A DNA stretch of 64,000 bases, from the NCBI GenBank assembly GCA_951406725.2, contig OX597839.1, positions 5,952,001-6,016,000 of the forward strand, given 5' to 3'. The number at the start of each line of letters is the position of its first letter. Position 1 is the first letter of the stretch. Source of the stretch: Octopus vulgaris. Taxonomy: Eukaryota. The translations under genes were made by a program, and so were the position numbers. Of the stretch, positions 63,734 to 64,000 are shown piece after piece. The notes beneath the pieces were generated by a model. That model did not search any database, was not told the DNA's origin, and was given only the letters and a program-made list of their open reading frames with translations.

Positions 63734-64000
63734 CACTATATGGCTCAGAAACCTGGACGTTATCAAAGAAGCTTGAGAGGCGGTTGGATGGAACTTACAC
63801 TCGCCTCCTTATGAGAGCTCAGAATCTCTCGCGGAAGCGTCATCCAGCCAAAGTACAAATATATGGGAAATTACCACCCGTCATGACATTGTAGGGCCGG
63901 TGTGAAAGGCCGGATCTGGCCAGTATGAACGTAAAACAGGTGGAATATTTGGGTCAGATATGGCCTGTTTAAATGCTAAAGGGTTAAAAATAGACAGAGT

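Noticed and set aside
44028-64000. Eph transmembrane, FN3 or post-TM exon
   Set aside because: Searched by eye and none recognised; presumed to lie beyond the window, though a short exon could have been missed.

Overview
Eukaryotic, AT-rich DNA dense in microsatellites and SINEs; the repeat families suggest an octopus (inference). The window holds the 3' half of an Eph receptor tyrosine kinase gene on the minus strand. Seven canonical GT-AG exons (23932->2036) splice in frame into the juxtamembrane [10 protein letters not shown] motif and an intact kinase domain; ectodomain, TM and SAM exons were not found here. Nearly all ORFs in the supplied track are microsatellite or SINE artefacts. Two things stand out. 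(1) Two long phase-1 introns each carry several short, frame-preserving candidate cassette exons or microexons (6-90 nt): one set at the kinase beta4-beta5 loop, one in the juxtamembrane region. There are also candidate stop-containing exons that would give kinase-less receptors. (2) Six type I hammerhead-ribozyme-like motifs of the Penelope/retrozyme kind are present, three on the pre-mRNA strand, with several long inverted repeats that could be ADAR substrates. All alternative exons are predicted from splice signals and frame only, read by eye. Repeat boundaries are approximate.
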